Below are positions 63,644 to 64,000 of a stretch of DNA of 64,000 nucleotides, piece after piece. The translations under genes were made by a program, and so were the position numbers. Source of the DNA: an uncultured Thermoplasmata archaeon (GTDB lineage: Archaea > Thermoplasmatota > Thermoplasmata > Lutacidiplasmatales > UBA184). The stretch is from positions 543,261-607,260 of the forward strand of contig CAWDQO010000005.1 in NCBI GenBank assembly GCA_963804525.1, read 5' to 3'. The notes under the pieces are model-generated. The model was not told the origin of the DNA. It searched no databases and was given only the letters and a program-made list of their open reading frames with translations. The stretch's first letter is position 1. Each line of letters starts with the position of its first letter.

Positions 63644-63657
63644 CGGTCCTTCCCCCT

Positions 63658-63975
63658 TCAGTGCTTCAGCGACGTCGCCTCGGCGACGTTGATCGACCCG
63701 CGGAGCCGGTTCAGGGCGAGCACGATGGCGAGGCCGACCGCGACCTCGGTCGCGGCGAGGCCGACGAGGACGACGGCGATCGCCTGGCCCGAGAGACCGC
63801 CGGGGGTGCCGGAAAACGCGGCGAAATAGACGAAGTTCAGGATCGCCGCGTTCATCGCGATCTCGACGGCGATCAGGAGGAGGATGAAGTTGCGCCGCGT
63901 CAGGATCCCGAACAGGCCGACCGCGAGGAGGGTCCCGGAGAGGAAGAGGAGGCTGGCCACGGACAGCTCGGTCAT
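63658..63975 (-). CDS. nuoK: NADH-quinone oxidoreductase subunit K
   Basis: RRN...L.AVEIAMNA, GQ, AATEVAVGLAI. Confidence 0.93.
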   Translation of the reverse strand: MTELSVASLLFLSGTLLAVGLFGILTRRNFILLLIAVEIAMNAAILNFVYFAAFSGTPGGLSGQAIAVVLVGLAATEVAVGLAIVLALNRLRGSINVAEATSLKH

Positions 63976-64000
63976 TCGCGGCCCTCCCGGACGAGGTAGA
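63972..64000 (-). CDS. Probable 3' end of nuoJ
   Basis: YLVREGRE* with ATGA overlap to nuoK; assigned by gene order only. Confidence 0.5.

Overview
Very GC-rich archaeal chromosomal segment. TiaS, topoisomerase VI, EF-1beta, an L41e-type peptide, AglB and thermopsin point to Thermoplasmatota, probably an acid soil or peat lineage (inference). Housekeeping blocks: htpX, tiaS, korAB, a LeuA/C/D/B-type operon coupled to thiolase + DUF35, a giant aglB, coaBC-sucCD, top6BA, and the 3' end of a nuo operon (J-K-L-M-N) running into a geranylgeranyl-reductase-family gene and a long-chain prenyl synthase. About 15 genes carry apparent single-base frameshifts, many at G/C homopolymers. These look like long-read errors and create several false fusion ORFs. 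Best candidates for new biology: (1) a surface locus with a membrane-tethered regulator (2x Kelch propeller + PKD, TM, cytoplasmic winged helix), a triple TGCCGTAC repeat at the next promoter, a Kelch protein on an NGS-sequon stalk, and a thermopsin; (2) a tRNA-His with a 32-nt intron in the T-loop (59/60) and a relaxed BHB motif; (3) three AIM24/TRAP-fold paralogues with an embedded 62-aa zinc-finger gene; (4) the 2-oxoacid-elongation/thiolase/DUF35 operon divergent from korAB. No CRISPR array, rRNA or mobile element was seen. All calls come from reading motifs by eye; no searches were run.
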